A DNA stretch of 64,000 nt from the IMG/VR virus record IMGVR_UViG_3300017644_000080; one strand, 5' to 3'. The DNA is from a virus. A program made the position numbers and the translations under genes. Shown in pieces: positions 37,901-48,032 of the stretch (positions are counted from its first letter, which is position 1; each line of letters starts with the position of its first letter). The notes under the pieces are model-generated. The model searched no databases. It was given only the letters and a program-made list of their open reading frames with translations, and was not told the origin of the DNA.

Positions 37901-39125
37901 GCTGGACCGCGTCCCAAAACACCGAAGCTGTGATGACACCCGTTGCCAGATTATCGATCATGCGATCATCGACCTTATCGCTGAAACGGTCAGACGAGCC
38001 GCTCCAGCCACGGCGACGCAGCTTGCTTTCTGCCTCATCGAGCGCATTCATCCGCTTCTCGAATTCAAGCTTTCCAGGCGTAAGCTGGAGAATCTGAACG
38101 CGAATGTTATCGTGGCTGGCTTCCAGAGCGCTGATTTTATTTACCAGCTGATCGTCTTCCGTACTTTCAGTCTTCCGCGCCAGAGCATGAAGATCGCTAA
38201 TGCCGAGCTTCGCCAGCTGTTCTGCGTAGGTCTTGGTGATGCGGAACAGGTCTTCGTCGGTCGCGTGAGCCGCTTCTGAAATGTACTCCGACGCCTGACG
38301 AACTTCGGCCCGAAGCGTCGAAATATCGCTGTCGATCTGCTTCAGCTGCTTGTTCGAATTATCGACCTTCTCCTTGAGCGGGAATACCTGCTCATGGGTC
38401 TGACGATAGATTACGTCCAATGCGGCCGCATCTGCATCATGATCGACGTGGACCTTTTGCATGCGCTCTTTGAACCACTCAGGGATCGCGTGCAGGATTT
38501 CGTAGTCGCCCTTCTTGCGCTTAAACGAGATCAGGTTCGCCAGCCATCCGTCGATACGGGCAGTCAGGCCGAAGCTCTTATATTCAGGCGTGCCGAAATT
38601 GCGCTTGATCAGATACGCGAAAAACGGGTCCTGTTCGTAAGCCACACGCTTTTCGTCAAGCTCTGCCTTGGCGCGATTAAGCTTGCGTTCAAGGCTCTCA
38701 AGCGTTTCCGTTACACCCGCCAAGTGGTTGCGCAGACGGATAGCCTCTTCGTCTTCCTCAAAGCGGATATTGGCTTCCTTGTTGGCCTTGTCATAGACCT
38801 CAAAGGCCGCATTGGTATCGCGAGCCACGACTTCGCGCCGTTCGCGTTTCTCAGCGATCTTTTGCTCAGCCTGCTTGATGGTAGCCTTGGCTTCGTTGAT
38901 ACGTTGTTCGCGAGACTTCAACATGGTCTCGATGTTCTTCGGCAGAGCGACGTCCTGATTCAGATGAATCGCGGCCAGCTGCTGAAGAAGCCTTGCCTGT
39001 TCCTGAACCACACCGCTCAGTTCGCGCTCAAGACCAGCAATTTGGCTAGTCACGATGCGCGCCTGACGCTGGAGTTCATCACGCTTGCTGGCGAGCTTGT
39101 GTGCGATTTCTCTTCCTGTAGCCAT
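37686..39125 (-). CDS. coiled-coil protein with C-terminal Gly/Ser-rich low-complexity tail (479 aa)
   Basis: Heptad-like Ala/Glu/Lys/Arg-rich sequence over ~400 aa; C-terminal SSSSGSSSSSWGGSSSS...GGGFGGSSSWSSGGGFGG...GGGF tail. Confidence 0.5.
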   Translation of the reverse strand: MATGREIAHKLASKRDELQRQARIVTSQIAGLERELSGVVQEQARLLQQLAAIHLNQDVALPKNIETMLKSREQRINEAKATIKQAEQKIAEKRERREVVARDTNAAFEVYDKANKEANIRFEEDEEAIRLRNHLAGVTETLESLERKLNRAKAELDEKRVAYEQDPFFAYLIKRNFGTPEYKSFGLTARIDGWLANLISFKRKKGDYEILHAIPEWFKERMQKVHVDHDADAAALDVIYRQTHEQVFPLKEKVDNSNKQLKQIDSDISTLRAEVRQASEYISEAAHATDEDLFRITKTYAEQLAKLGISDLHALARKTESTEDDQLVNKISALEASHDNIRVQILQLTPGKLEFEKRMNALDEAESKLRRRGWSGSSDRFSDKVDDRMIDNLATGVITASVFWDAVQRSHRPSDDYYSSSSGSSSSSWGGSSSSSSSSSSSSSSSWGSDSSGGGFGGSSSWSSGGGFGGDDSSTGGGF

Positions 39126-39141
39126 TTAAATATCCCCTTCC

Positions 39142-40332
39142 TTACCAGCGCGTGATCATCTGATTATTCTGCTGCGGAATTGACCACTTGAATTCCAGCG
39201 TGCCAGCAGGTTTCTTGCCGACCTCGAAATCGTCGATGACACCATCCGACTGCTTGTCGTGACCAACCTTGTTGTAAGTCGCCTCAGGAACACGGATGCC
39301 CCAATGCGTCACTGTCTCGGTATTGCCCGTTTCGAAATTTTTGATCGGGAAAGAGACAGCGACACCATTCACGTCCAACGCCTCGACGATCAGGTAATAA
39401 ACCTTCGTCCGATTGTTATCGGGAGTGCGCCAGACACCTGAACGAACGCCAGCCCGATCAACAATACGAAGCGTCAAAGGCGACTGAATGCGGTTGATCT
39501 GCTCGTCGAGGCTTCGCTTGGCTGCATTGAAGGCAACAATGTCACCCTTGCGAGCCGCAGTTTCGACTGGGCCGAAGAGCGGCGTGAGAGAACGTTTTGC
39601 GCCATCGTCCATAGACATCCTCAGAGTTTCACTCTTGGTTGTCTCGAAATTGCTGATCAAAGTTGCGATTGCAGCCTTGGCCTTCAGTGACGAAGCCATT
39701 TCATTGAGTGCATCGATATTCTTCCGCGCATCCGCAACGCGCTTCGCTTCAAGAAACTGTAGTGTCGCATCGCGAAGATTGTCTGCATGCGCCTTGGCAA
39801 CTTCGTCCTTGTATTCCGTCGCGGCAGTAACTGCGGCCGTATGAGCGCTCTTTAGCGCTTGCGGAAGACGCGTCTCGATATCCAGCTTTAATTCTGCAGC
39901 AAGGCGTTCCTGTTCGGCCTTCGCGGCAATTTCAGCGCGCTCACGAGGCTTAACAACGAACTCGCTATGAATAAATACGGCAGAGCCGTACAGAAAACCG
40001 ATTGATGCAAGTGCTGTTGCTGTGCGGAGGGCGATTTTGCCACGATTAATCCACATGCGAGCAAAAAGACGCGGCAGTCCAGGCGCAAGCGGCTCATGGA
40101 CATAGCGATTTTTGTCCATATCATCGACGGCACGTTCGATAATTTCGTCCGAGACAACGGTGCCCTGCGATTCATACCACTGACGAAGTTTCGCTTTGAG
40201 AGCCGCACGACGATCATCCGAGAGCATTTCTGTCTCTTGAATAGCCATTTCATGACGGATGGTGTCGACGGTATCTGCCGCCATCAAAACGTCTTCAAGT
40301 GTTGGAGCATTTTTCACTGCAATAGCTGACAT
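39142..40332 (-). CDS. single-pass membrane protein with periplasmic coiled-coil and C-terminal beta-rich domain (396 aa)
   Basis: One TM around LRTATALASIGFLYGSAVFI at residues ~100-122; Ala/Lys/Glu-rich coiled-coil after it; no family recognised. Confidence 0.45.
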   Translation of the reverse strand: MSAIAVKNAPTLEDVLMAADTVDTIRHEMAIQETEMLSDDRRAALKAKLRQWYESQGTVVSDEIIERAVDDMDKNRYVHEPLAPGLPRLFARMWINRGKIALRTATALASIGFLYGSAVFIHSEFVVKPRERAEIAAKAEQERLAAELKLDIETRLPQALKSAHTAAVTAATEYKDEVAKAHADNLRDATLQFLEAKRVADARKNIDALNEMASSLKAKAAIATLISNFETTKSETLRMSMDDGAKRSLTPLFGPVETAARKGDIVAFNAAKRSLDEQINRIQSPLTLRIVDRAGVRSGVWRTPDNNRTKVYYLIVEALDVNGVAVSFPIKNFETGNTETVTHWGIRVPEATYNKVGHDKQSDGVIDDFEVGKKPAGTLEFKWSIPQQNNQMITRW

Positions 40333-40401
40333 TAAGCCTATTCCCTTGTCGATTTAAGCAGGAAGCGTGGGGCCAAAACCATTTCAGCCCCACGCCGAGA
40401 A

Positions 40402-41583
40402 TTAAGCGTTAACGGTCAGACCAGGAGCCTTGCCGCTGGCAACCAGATCGGCAATGCGACGCTTGCCATCTTCGACATAATCGCGAATTTCCTTCGCGTT
40501 CTGCTCCGATTCCTTGCGCATATCGGCAATGATCTTGGTGCTGTTTTCCTGGAACTCGACAACCGAGTCGACCAGCTTCTTCACCGACTGGGCGCGAATG
40601 CTCGGCCCATAACCCTTGCGGAGCGCATTTTCGGTAACCTTCGTGCCGACATCAGCGATGCTTTCAAGGCTCTTGGAAATGCCGTCATGCATAGCGTCCA
40701 AAGCCTGCGTGGCTTCATGGAGACCAAGCAGACCTGTGTAGGTCGCCTTGAGCGCCGTCAGAACCGAGCTGTTGGTGCTCATGAAAGCAACCGACTGCTT
40801 GAACAGGCGATCCTTGGCCATATGGGATTCAGCCAGCTTCGCCATAGTCACTTCGGTGACGGAGTAGGAAACCTGCAAATTGTTGGCGAGGTCCGTCGCA
40901 ATCTGCCAGCGATCTTCGACGGCCTTTGCAGCACGCTGCGCTTCATCGCGTTCCAGTTCGAGTCGGCTCTTCTCCTGCGGAGATGCGTCAGAAGCCTGCT
41001 GAACCAACGCCATTGCATCGGCAACCTTCGCCTGAGCGGCCTTAAGGTCCTCATCGAGAAGAGCCTTGATTTCGTAAGCGATGATCTCAGCTTCCTTGAT
41101 CGAGCTACGGAAATCCGCATAGGCTTCAAGAATGTTGCGCTCACGCTCCACCTGACTGCCGACGTCCTTGATCACTGCGTCGAACGTCTTGCGGATGGCG
41201 TCGAAGCGATCCGAAATGTCGCCGCGAGTGAGTTTCATGACGACGTTCGATACGCGGTCACCAATGGTCGGAGCAGAACGTTCAGCCTGCACAACAAGGC
41301 GCTTGGAGTCATCGCGAATGCTGTCGAAACTCTTTACGATTTCGTCGAAACGATTGCTGAAATTGATCTGAGAAATCTGGTTCGCAACCAGGCTGTCGAA
41401 ATTCTGCTGGTGAGACAGCGTGCGGGCAATAACGAGAACGCGATCTTCGTCGACATCGGAAATTCGCTTCAGAAGATCAACAATTGGAGCAGTGCCAGTG
41501 TCAGGCGAACCAACGCCGAGCACCTTCAGGCTATCAAGAGCCTTCTGGAGGAATTTCGGGGCAGTCTTCGTCACTTCAGTCAT
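40402..41583 (-). CDS. all-alpha coiled-coil protein, tentatively TelA/KlaB-like (toxic-anion-resistance family), 393 aa
   Basis: Size (~390 aa), all-helical composition, and a downstream membrane-protein gene resemble the telA(klaB)-telB arrangement; assignment from recalled family features, not a diagnostic motif. Confidence 0.35.
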   Translation of the reverse strand: MTEVTKTAPKFLQKALDSLKVLGVGSPDTGTAPIVDLLKRISDVDEDRVLVIARTLSHQQNFDSLVANQISQINFSNRFDEIVKSFDSIRDDSKRLVVQAERSAPTIGDRVSNVVMKLTRGDISDRFDAIRKTFDAVIKDVGSQVERERNILEAYADFRSSIKEAEIIAYEIKALLDEDLKAAQAKVADAMALVQQASDASPQEKSRLELERDEAQRAAKAVEDRWQIATDLANNLQVSYSVTEVTMAKLAESHMAKDRLFKQSVAFMSTNSSVLTALKATYTGLLGLHEATQALDAMHDGISKSLESIADVGTKVTENALRKGYGPSIRAQSVKKLVDSVVEFQENSTKIIADMRKESEQNAKEIRDYVEDGKRRIADLVASGKAPGLTVNA

Positions 41584-42020
41584 TCGCGTTGTTTCCTTTC
41601 AACAATTTCGTTTTCAGAGCATTCGATTGCCTGAGATATTTCAGATCGCCAATCGAACTCCCTCGGCGCATCACGCCTTTTTCTAAATGTCAGGTAATTT
41701 ATCCGCCCTTTAATGTCAACATATTTTCACGTATTTATAGCCCCTTCCCGAATAAATCTCCTTTAATTATTCTCTTTCGCTTTCTTGCCGATTTAGGCTG
41801 ATCGCAAGTCCTTGAATTTAAAGCCCCAAAAAGCCTCATATGCGGAAATAATTGCCGATCCGTGCTGCCGATTGCCCAGTATTCCTCCTTTATTTAAACA
41901 TGTCCCGAATTCGAAAGGAGGTTGCGGAGTCGAACAAAATCATTTACTCGTCAACAAATTTAATTGAAACTCAAATGGAGTTCAGATATCTGACCCATAT
42001 TGGAAAAGGCAGATTTACGC
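41584..42020. promoter_or_regulatory. long AT-rich divergent intergenic region
   Basis: About 430 bp between divergent TelA-like and AddB-like genes; contains short direct repeats (TTGCCGAT x2) near 41780-41880. Confidence 0.35.
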
Positions 42021-44687
42021 ATGACGAAAGCAATTAATGGGCTTAGTTTTCGAAAAACCATTTTGGTCAATGGCCGTCTGGCACTGCGCACCGAACGACT
42101 GCGCCTAGCCCGAGAACAGGTCAGCGGAACTCAGGTAATGGCTATTGAACATTTCGCCGAGCGTCTCGCTGGCGGTTTTCTGCGAATGGTCGACACCCGC
42201 ACGCTCAAGGAAATTATCGGTAAAGTTCTTCCTGAAACCGATATTGGCGAGCTTGAACCAATCAAGAATCTGCCGGGGATGACATCGGCGGCAGCTGACA
42301 CCCTCATGAAAATGTGGCTCGCGCGCCCAGATATTGACGCCATCAAGGATCACAAGCGCATCCAGGCAATTCTTTCGCTTGAAAAAGCTGTCGTTGCCGC
42401 CCTTCCCGCTCACATGAAGCGGCCAAATGACATCATCGAGATCGCAATCACACGTGCTCATCACGCTCCGTCCATTTTTGGCGATGTGACTATTAGCGGT
42501 ATGACCGAACTTCATCCGGTCTGGCGTCCTCTGATCACTGAGGTGTCCAAGCACATCAACATCGAATGGAACGCTGGTCCGCGAGAGGTCTCGCCTTGGA
42601 TTGAGGAAGCGATGAAGGTAAGGCGCTCTGAGCCTAAGACACCAGAAGTCCAATCATATATCTGCGGCACCGCGCTTCACGAAGTCATAGAGTCAGTGCG
42701 TTGGGCGCGTAAGCTGATGTCGGAAGGCGTATTGCCCCGTGATATCGCTATCGCAAGCGTTTCAACGACTGCTTATGACGAACACATGCTGGCGGTCTGC
42801 TCTGACAGCAAGCTCGGCATTCATTTCGCTCACGGCATTTCCTGCGTCCATCGCATCGAAGGTCAGGCGGCAAGCGCTCTTGCCGATATTTTGCTACGTG
42901 GTCTCTCACAGAAGCGCGTCCAACGTCTTCTCGATCTCCTGCAGGGACTTGGTTCGGAAGCCGTAAAAGGCCTTCCTGGCGACTGGAGCCGTAACTTCCG
43001 ACCAGATGCCGCACTCACCGAACTGCCTCGTTGGGAAAAAACGCTGAATAGCAAGCCGTATCTCGCTGAACTCAAGAATATCCTGCTTCCTATCCTGACG
43101 CTCGTCTCCAAGGGCATCGAGGTTGCAGCGGAAGCAGGAGAAAAGCTGTTTCATGGTCAAGCAAAGAAGATTTGGGACGCCGCGCTTCTTGAAGGTCCCG
43201 CCGCCGCACTCGACCGCACAATTCCAATGCAGCGCATTGATGATGGCGAAGACCCTCACTCGTCTGCATGTTTCATGTCTGCTGAAAAGCTAGCTGCGTC
43301 GCCGCGTCCATATGTTCGTCTGATTGGCCTCACGTCCCGCGACTGGCCACGTCAGTCCGGCGAAGACGCATTGATCCCTGACTACATCATTCCATCGAAC
43401 ATCCTCGATCCTATGCCGCGCTCGGATATCGACCGTCGCGATTACAATACGATCAAGGCAACGACTGAAAAACTGCTCGTCCTTTCGTGGCCGCGACGTG
43501 ATGCTGAAAGCCGTCAGCTGGGCGTCAGCCGTCTGGTTACGCAGATCGAGCGCGACAACGGCAAGCCTATTCAGCTTACTGATCGTCCAGATCACGCTTT
43601 CTCGGAAGCCGACCGCCTGTTTGCCCGCGACAAGGAATACGCGACATCCCCGCACGCAATTTCGGCTGCTACTTGCTGGAAGAATTGGCGCTCCAAGGAT
43701 CTGACTGCACATGATGGTCTGATCGCCCCCAGCCATCCACGCATCCAAGACGTCTTCGACCAGTACCATTCCGCCACGTCTATTCGCCTGCTTCTGCGCG
43801 ATCCGATTGGCTTTGTATGGCGATATGCGCTTGGATTCAGCGCCCCTGAATATGAAGACGCTCCTCTGTTTGCCGATGCCCGCGAGTTCGGCAACATCGT
43901 CCACGACATTCTCAAGCAGACTGTCGACCAGCTGATCCGCAAGGGCGGCTTCGCAAATGCCTCGCCAGAGGACATTTCTCGCACGATTGACGAACAGTCG
44001 ATCAATGTAGGTATGCGCGTCGAAATGTCGAAGCCGATCCCGCCAAAGCTGATCTGGTTCGGCATGATGGAGCGTGCCACCAAATTCGCAAAAGCGGCAC
44101 TGCTGAGCGAGATTGAAAGATATCCAGATCAGGTGACGTACGCGGAAGTTCCGTTCGGCGGCAAGATTGAGCTGAAAGAGGAATCTTTCCCGTGGGACAT
44201 CGAGCAGGAAGTCACAATTCCTGGGACGGGCCTGAAGCTACAGGGCATCATTGACCGTCTGGATTTTTCCACGTCTACGCCGAAGGCTCGCGTTATCGAT
44301 TACAAGTCGGGCAAGACCCCGAAAAACATCGACGACCTCATCATCGGTGGTGGCAACGAAATCCAGCGCGCCATCTACGGCTTCGTCGTGAAGTCGCTGA
44401 TGGGTGGCAATGCTGAGGTTGAGACTGGCCTGCTTTATCCGGAAACCGGAACCTTCGCAATGCTGGAAGAACCGGATGAAGTGTTGGCACAGGTCGCCAA
44501 TGGAGTGCTGATCGCCAAGGAATCTCTAGAGCGCGGTAACGCGATCCCCGGCATCGGCACCAGTGAAGCATACAACGACATGCGTTTTGCGCTGCCAGCA
44601 AACGCCGCAGCAACCTATCTGCTGCGCAAAAACCAGACGTTCCTTGATCGTATCGGTGAAGCGGCAGAGATTTGGGAGCACAAATAA
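42021..44687 (+). CDS. addB: AddB-like nuclease subunit (PD-(D/E)xK) of a two-gene helicase-nuclease, ~889 aa
   Basis: C-terminal GIIDRLDFSTST...RVIDYKSGK matches the RecB-family nuclease motif; no N-terminal Walker A; stop 1 nt before the AddA-like start. Confidence 0.6.
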   Translation: MTKAINGLSFRKTILVNGRLALRTERLRLAREQVSGTQVMAIEHFAERLAGGFLRMVDTRTLKEIIGKVLPETDIGELEPIKNLPGMTSAAADTLMKMWLARPDIDAIKDHKRIQAILSLEKAVVAALPAHMKRPNDIIEIAITRAHHAPSIFGDVTISGMTELHPVWRPLITEVSKHINIEWNAGPREVSPWIEEAMKVRRSEPKTPEVQSYICGTALHEVIESVRWARKLMSEGVLPRDIAIASVSTTAYDEHMLAVCSDSKLGIHFAHGISCVHRIEGQAASALADILLRGLSQKRVQRLLDLLQGLGSEAVKGLPGDWSRNFRPDAALTELPRWEKTLNSKPYLAELKNILLPILTLVSKGIEVAAEAGEKLFHGQAKKIWDAALLEGPAAALDRTIPMQRIDDGEDPHSSACFMSAEKLAASPRPYVRLIGLTSRDWPRQSGEDALIPDYIIPSNILDPMPRSDIDRRDYNTIKATTEKLLVLSWPRRDAESRQLGVSRLVTQIERDNGKPIQLTDRPDHAFSEADRLFARDKEYATSPHAISAATCWKNWRSKDLTAHDGLIAPSHPRIQDVFDQYHSATSIRLLLRDPIGFVWRYALGFSAPEYEDAPLFADAREFGNIVHDILKQTVDQLIRKGGFANASPEDISRTIDEQSINVGMRVEMSKPIPPKLIWFGMMERATKFAKAALLSEIERYPDQVTYAEVPFGGKIELKEESFPWDIEQEVTIPGTGLKLQGIIDRLDFSTSTPKARVIDYKSGKTPKNIDDLIIGGGNEIQRAIYGFVVKSLMGGNAEVETGLLYPETGTFAMLEEPDEVLAQVANGVLIAKESLERGNAIPGIGTSEAYNDMRFALPANAAATYLLRKNQTFLDRIGEAAEIWEHK

Positions 44688-44688
44688 T

Positions 44689-47600
44689 ATGCTGAATGAC
44701 TCGACAGCTCGCCGTACGGCCCTTCTTGAAATCAATCGCACCCTCATGGTTGAGGCGGGCGCTGGATCGGGCAAGACATCGCTCATGGCAGGCCGCATCA
44801 TTTCGATGCTCGCCAACGGCGTTCACCCTCGCGACATCGCAGCTGTGTCCTTTACGGAAATGGCCGCAGCGGAATTGATGGGCCGCGTCAGTGATACGAT
44901 TGACGACGTTCTGAAAGGCACGCCTCCGGCCGACCTTCGCGCATCCTACGATGGCGGAAATATCGATCCCGAAGGCCAGGCCAAACTGCAGGAAGCGCAG
45001 CATCACCTCGGTGAAATGACCTGCACGACCATCCACGGTTTCTGCAAGCGCCTTCTGAAGCCTTATCCCGTTGAAGCCGACATCGATCCAGGCGCGGCGA
45101 TCCTCGACGCTACGCAGGCCTCACTTCTGTTCGAAGATGTGTTCAACGAATGGATTCGTGAGCGTCTCAACAGTGAGGACTATCACAAGGACATCATCAC
45201 TGAGATGGTGGCCACCCATTCCGACACAAAGGAAGCTATCGAAACGATCCGCCGTCTCGCAGACCAGCTTCGCGGTTCGCCAGACCTCTTCCTTCACAAG
45301 CAGGAATTTGACCTTGCACCTGCCAATCAACTGATTGATCAGATCGAGAAATACGAAAAATGGATCGCAGGCCTTGGCTTTGAAGCCGAAGGTAATGAGG
45401 ACATTCGTGCGGACTTCGCGCAACTGCGAAAAGAGCTGCGCGCCGCCATGGGACTGCCCAAGCATCAGGCCCTGATGAACATCATCCGGCTGAAGCTATC
45501 CTCGTCCGTTCTCAAGGTCGATGGAGGTTTCCGCGTCTACAAGATGAAGGGCAAGTGGCAGGCCGCCGCTCCTTCGAAAAAGGTCGGCGAAGACTGCAAC
45601 ACGGAAGCGACCGAACGCTATAACGAGATTGCCGCTGGCTACGAAGCTCTGAAGACCATGGCTGCGTCAGCCGCCCTCACGATCCTTGAGAGCGAAATTC
45701 GCCCGATGCTTGATCGCTATCGCGACCGTAAGCGTCAGGGTGCCGCCCTAGACTTCGAGGACCTGCTCGTCGCCACCCGTCAGCTCCTGCAGAACTATCC
45801 CGAGATCGCCAAGGCTCTTGGCCAGCGCTACAAGCACGTGCTCGTCGACGAATTTCAGGACACCGATCCGGTCCAGACCGAAATCTTCAAACACCTCTGC
45901 TTCGACCGCGATGCCGATGGCGAATGGGTCCCGCGTCCAGGCGCGATCTTCCTTGTGGGTGACCCCAAGCAGGGCATCTATCGCTTCCGTGGCGCAGACG
46001 TGAAGACCTATCTGGATATGCGCAACCTTCTCGAAAAGCACGACTCGACGTCGATCCTGAAGATTTCGACGAACTTTCGTTCGAGCAAAGGCATTCTGGA
46101 TTACGTAAACGACGTCTTTGACGTTCCGTTGAGCGCTCCCTCACAGCCAGGCTTTACCGCACTCGATCCATTCCGGCAGGACACCAGCAAACACCCGTCT
46201 GTGGCGACGATAAAGATTGGCGAACTGGATAACATTGCCGAGACACGTGACGAAGAAGCCCGTCAGATTGCAGAAATGGCGCGCAGGCTGATCAACACCT
46301 TCCCCGTCTTCGACAAGAAACTCGGTGCTACCCGCCCATGCAAACCGTCTGACATAGCTCTACTCGCGCCTACTGGCTCCGATCTGTGGCGCTACGAACA
46401 TGCCCTTGAAGAAGAAGGCATCTCTGTCGCCACGCAGGCTGGCAAGGGCATGTTCCAGCGTCAGGAAGTTCAGGACATGATTGCGATCACTCGCGTCCTG
46501 GCCGATCCGCGTGACCACCTTGCTCTCGGTGCTCTCCTGCGCGGGCCGCTGGTGGGCATGACAGAAACTGAGCTTCTCGATGCAGCCCACGGTCTTCCAA
46601 AGTTGGAAGACGGCGGACTTGCTCATCTGCACGTTGGTATCGACACAGGCCTGATCAAGAACCCTGTGCTCAAGACGGTGCTGGCCCAGCTGAATGCGCT
46701 TCGCAATTCTGGCAAATACACGACACCCTATGATGTCCTTTCCAGCGCCGTCGATGTGCTCAATGTTCGGGCGACTGTGAAGGCTCGCCATTCGAAGTCG
46801 CCCCACCGTGCTCTTGCCAACGTCGACCGCTTCCTCGAAATGAGCCGTCCTTACACAACCCGTGGCCTGCGCGCGTTCTCAGACGAAGTCCGCTCACTCT
46901 GGGAGGATGGCGAACGCATCGCCGAAGCACATCCAGACGGTGAAGATCAGTCGGTCTCCATCATCACCATGCACTCTTCCAAGGGACTGGAGTGGCCTGT
47001 GGTTTTCGTCATCAACACGATGACCGAAATCATGCGTTCCAAGCCTCTGGTCGTCGACGTCAGCTCGCGGCAAATCTCGATGCCGTTCTTTGGCTTCCAG
47101 CCAAACGGCTATAGCGAACTGAAGCAAATCTCAGATCAGGAGTCCCACAACGAGCGCGTTCGCCTGCTTTATGTGGCCACCACCCGTGCTCGCGACCTTC
47201 TCGTTGTCCCTGTGCATGAGAAGACTACCGAAAGGCAGTGGGCAACGGTTACGGACCTGAAGTTGCAGGACATCCAAACGATGGAGCTGGAAGGCTTCTC
47301 GAACGCGATGCGCGTGCAGCGCGACGTCACCGTTAACAATCAGGATGCGAAGACTTTCGCCGAGCAGACCGCTGCAATCCTCGCGGCCAAGAAGCCTGTC
47401 ATCAACAAGACCCCTTCCCGTCACGAAAGCCATGCATCGAGTTTGCGGATTTCGCTTGATGACCTGATTGACGCCGAACCAGTCGCCGATCCTTCCGAAT
47501 TCGTCCAGGGCAGTGCTGAACGCGGCGTTGTCATGCACAAGCTGATGGAAGAAATCCTGACTGGCGAACTGACAGACAATGAACCAGAGATCGAAAACCG

Positions 47601-47991
47601 TGCACGCGAACTGATCCAGCAAATGATCGCCTCCAAAGAGGATGAGATCAAAGACATGGATGCTCGCGTCATGGCCAAGGAGATCATGCAGACGCTGGCA
47701 TTGCCGCAAATCGCATCTATCCGTCATCGTCTCGTGCCAGAACTCGCAACCAGCTCGTCCTACGAGGACGACAAGTTCGAAGGCGTTACGTTCGGCATTA
47801 TGGACGCCGCCGAAATTAGCGACAGTGGCGTGGTCGAAACGATCATCGACTGGAAGTCTGACAGAAGTCCAACAGCGGCAACTATTGAATTTTACCGCGA
47901 TCAGATGTCAGACTATATGAAAATGAATTCGGCCAAACGCGGCTTGATCGTTTTCATGGCGAGCGGAAAAATCCTAGACATTGCCGCGTAA
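44689..47991 (+). CDS. addA: AddA-like UvrD/PcrA-family helicase with C-terminal RecB-type nuclease (1100 aa)
   Basis: Walker A VEAGAGSGKT near the N-terminus; DEFQDTDP motif II; GDPKQGIYRFRGAD motif III; C-terminal GIMDAAEIS...IIDWKSD nuclease motif; ATG at 44689 preferred over the ORF-track upstream extension. Confidence 0.75.
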   Translation: MLNDSTARRTALLEINRTLMVEAGAGSGKTSLMAGRIISMLANGVHPRDIAAVSFTEMAAAELMGRVSDTIDDVLKGTPPADLRASYDGGNIDPEGQAKLQEAQHHLGEMTCTTIHGFCKRLLKPYPVEADIDPGAAILDATQASLLFEDVFNEWIRERLNSEDYHKDIITEMVATHSDTKEAIETIRRLADQLRGSPDLFLHKQEFDLAPANQLIDQIEKYEKWIAGLGFEAEGNEDIRADFAQLRKELRAAMGLPKHQALMNIIRLKLSSSVLKVDGGFRVYKMKGKWQAAAPSKKVGEDCNTEATERYNEIAAGYEALKTMAASAALTILESEIRPMLDRYRDRKRQGAALDFEDLLVATRQLLQNYPEIAKALGQRYKHVLVDEFQDTDPVQTEIFKHLCFDRDADGEWVPRPGAIFLVGDPKQGIYRFRGADVKTYLDMRNLLEKHDSTSILKISTNFRSSKGILDYVNDVFDVPLSAPSQPGFTALDPFRQDTSKHPSVATIKIGELDNIAETRDEEARQIAEMARRLINTFPVFDKKLGATRPCKPSDIALLAPTGSDLWRYEHALEEEGISVATQAGKGMFQRQEVQDMIAITRVLADPRDHLALGALLRGPLVGMTETELLDAAHGLPKLEDGGLAHLHVGIDTGLIKNPVLKTVLAQLNALRNSGKYTTPYDVLSSAVDVLNVRATVKARHSKSPHRALANVDRFLEMSRPYTTRGLRAFSDEVRSLWEDGERIAEAHPDGEDQSVSIITMHSSKGLEWPVVFVINTMTEIMRSKPLVVDVSSRQISMPFFGFQPNGYSELKQISDQESHNERVRLLYVATTRARDLLVVPVHEKTTERQWATVTDLKLQDIQTMELEGFSNAMRVQRDVTVNNQDAKTFAEQTAAILAAKKPVINKTPSRHESHASSLRISLDDLIDAEPVADPSEFVQGSAERGVVMHKLMEEILTGELTDNEPEIENRARELIQQMIASKEDEIKDMDARVMAKEIMQTLALPQIASIRHRLVPELATSSSYEDDKFEGVTFGIMDAAEISDSGVVETIIDWKSDRSPTAATIEFYRDQMSDYMKMNSAKRGLIVFMASGKILDIAA

Positions 47992-48032
47992 AAGCGGCAA
48001 TCGTCATTTGGAAAGCAGGGGGTACTTTTAAA

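Noticed and set aside
40687-41634. 315-aa plus-strand ORF inside the TelA-like gene and other long antisense ORFs in coiled-coil genes (38394-39155, 39488-39844)
   Set aside because: They are antisense to long Ala/Glu/Lys-rich coiled-coil genes, whose reverse frames are characteristically open. The sense frames have far more protein-like composition.
41780-41880. Possible LexA/SOS box upstream of the AddB-like gene
   Set aside because: I looked for the alphaproteobacterial GAAC-N7-GAAC / GTTC-N7-GTTC direct repeat in the divergent intergenic region and found only short TTGCCGAT repeats. There is no convincing SOS box.
44563-44688. Upstream extension of the AddA-like ORF overlapping the AddB-like gene
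   Set aside because: The extension overlaps the 3' end of the AddB-like gene in another frame. An ATG at 44689, 1 nt after the AddB stop, is followed by the canonical N-terminal region preceding Walker A.
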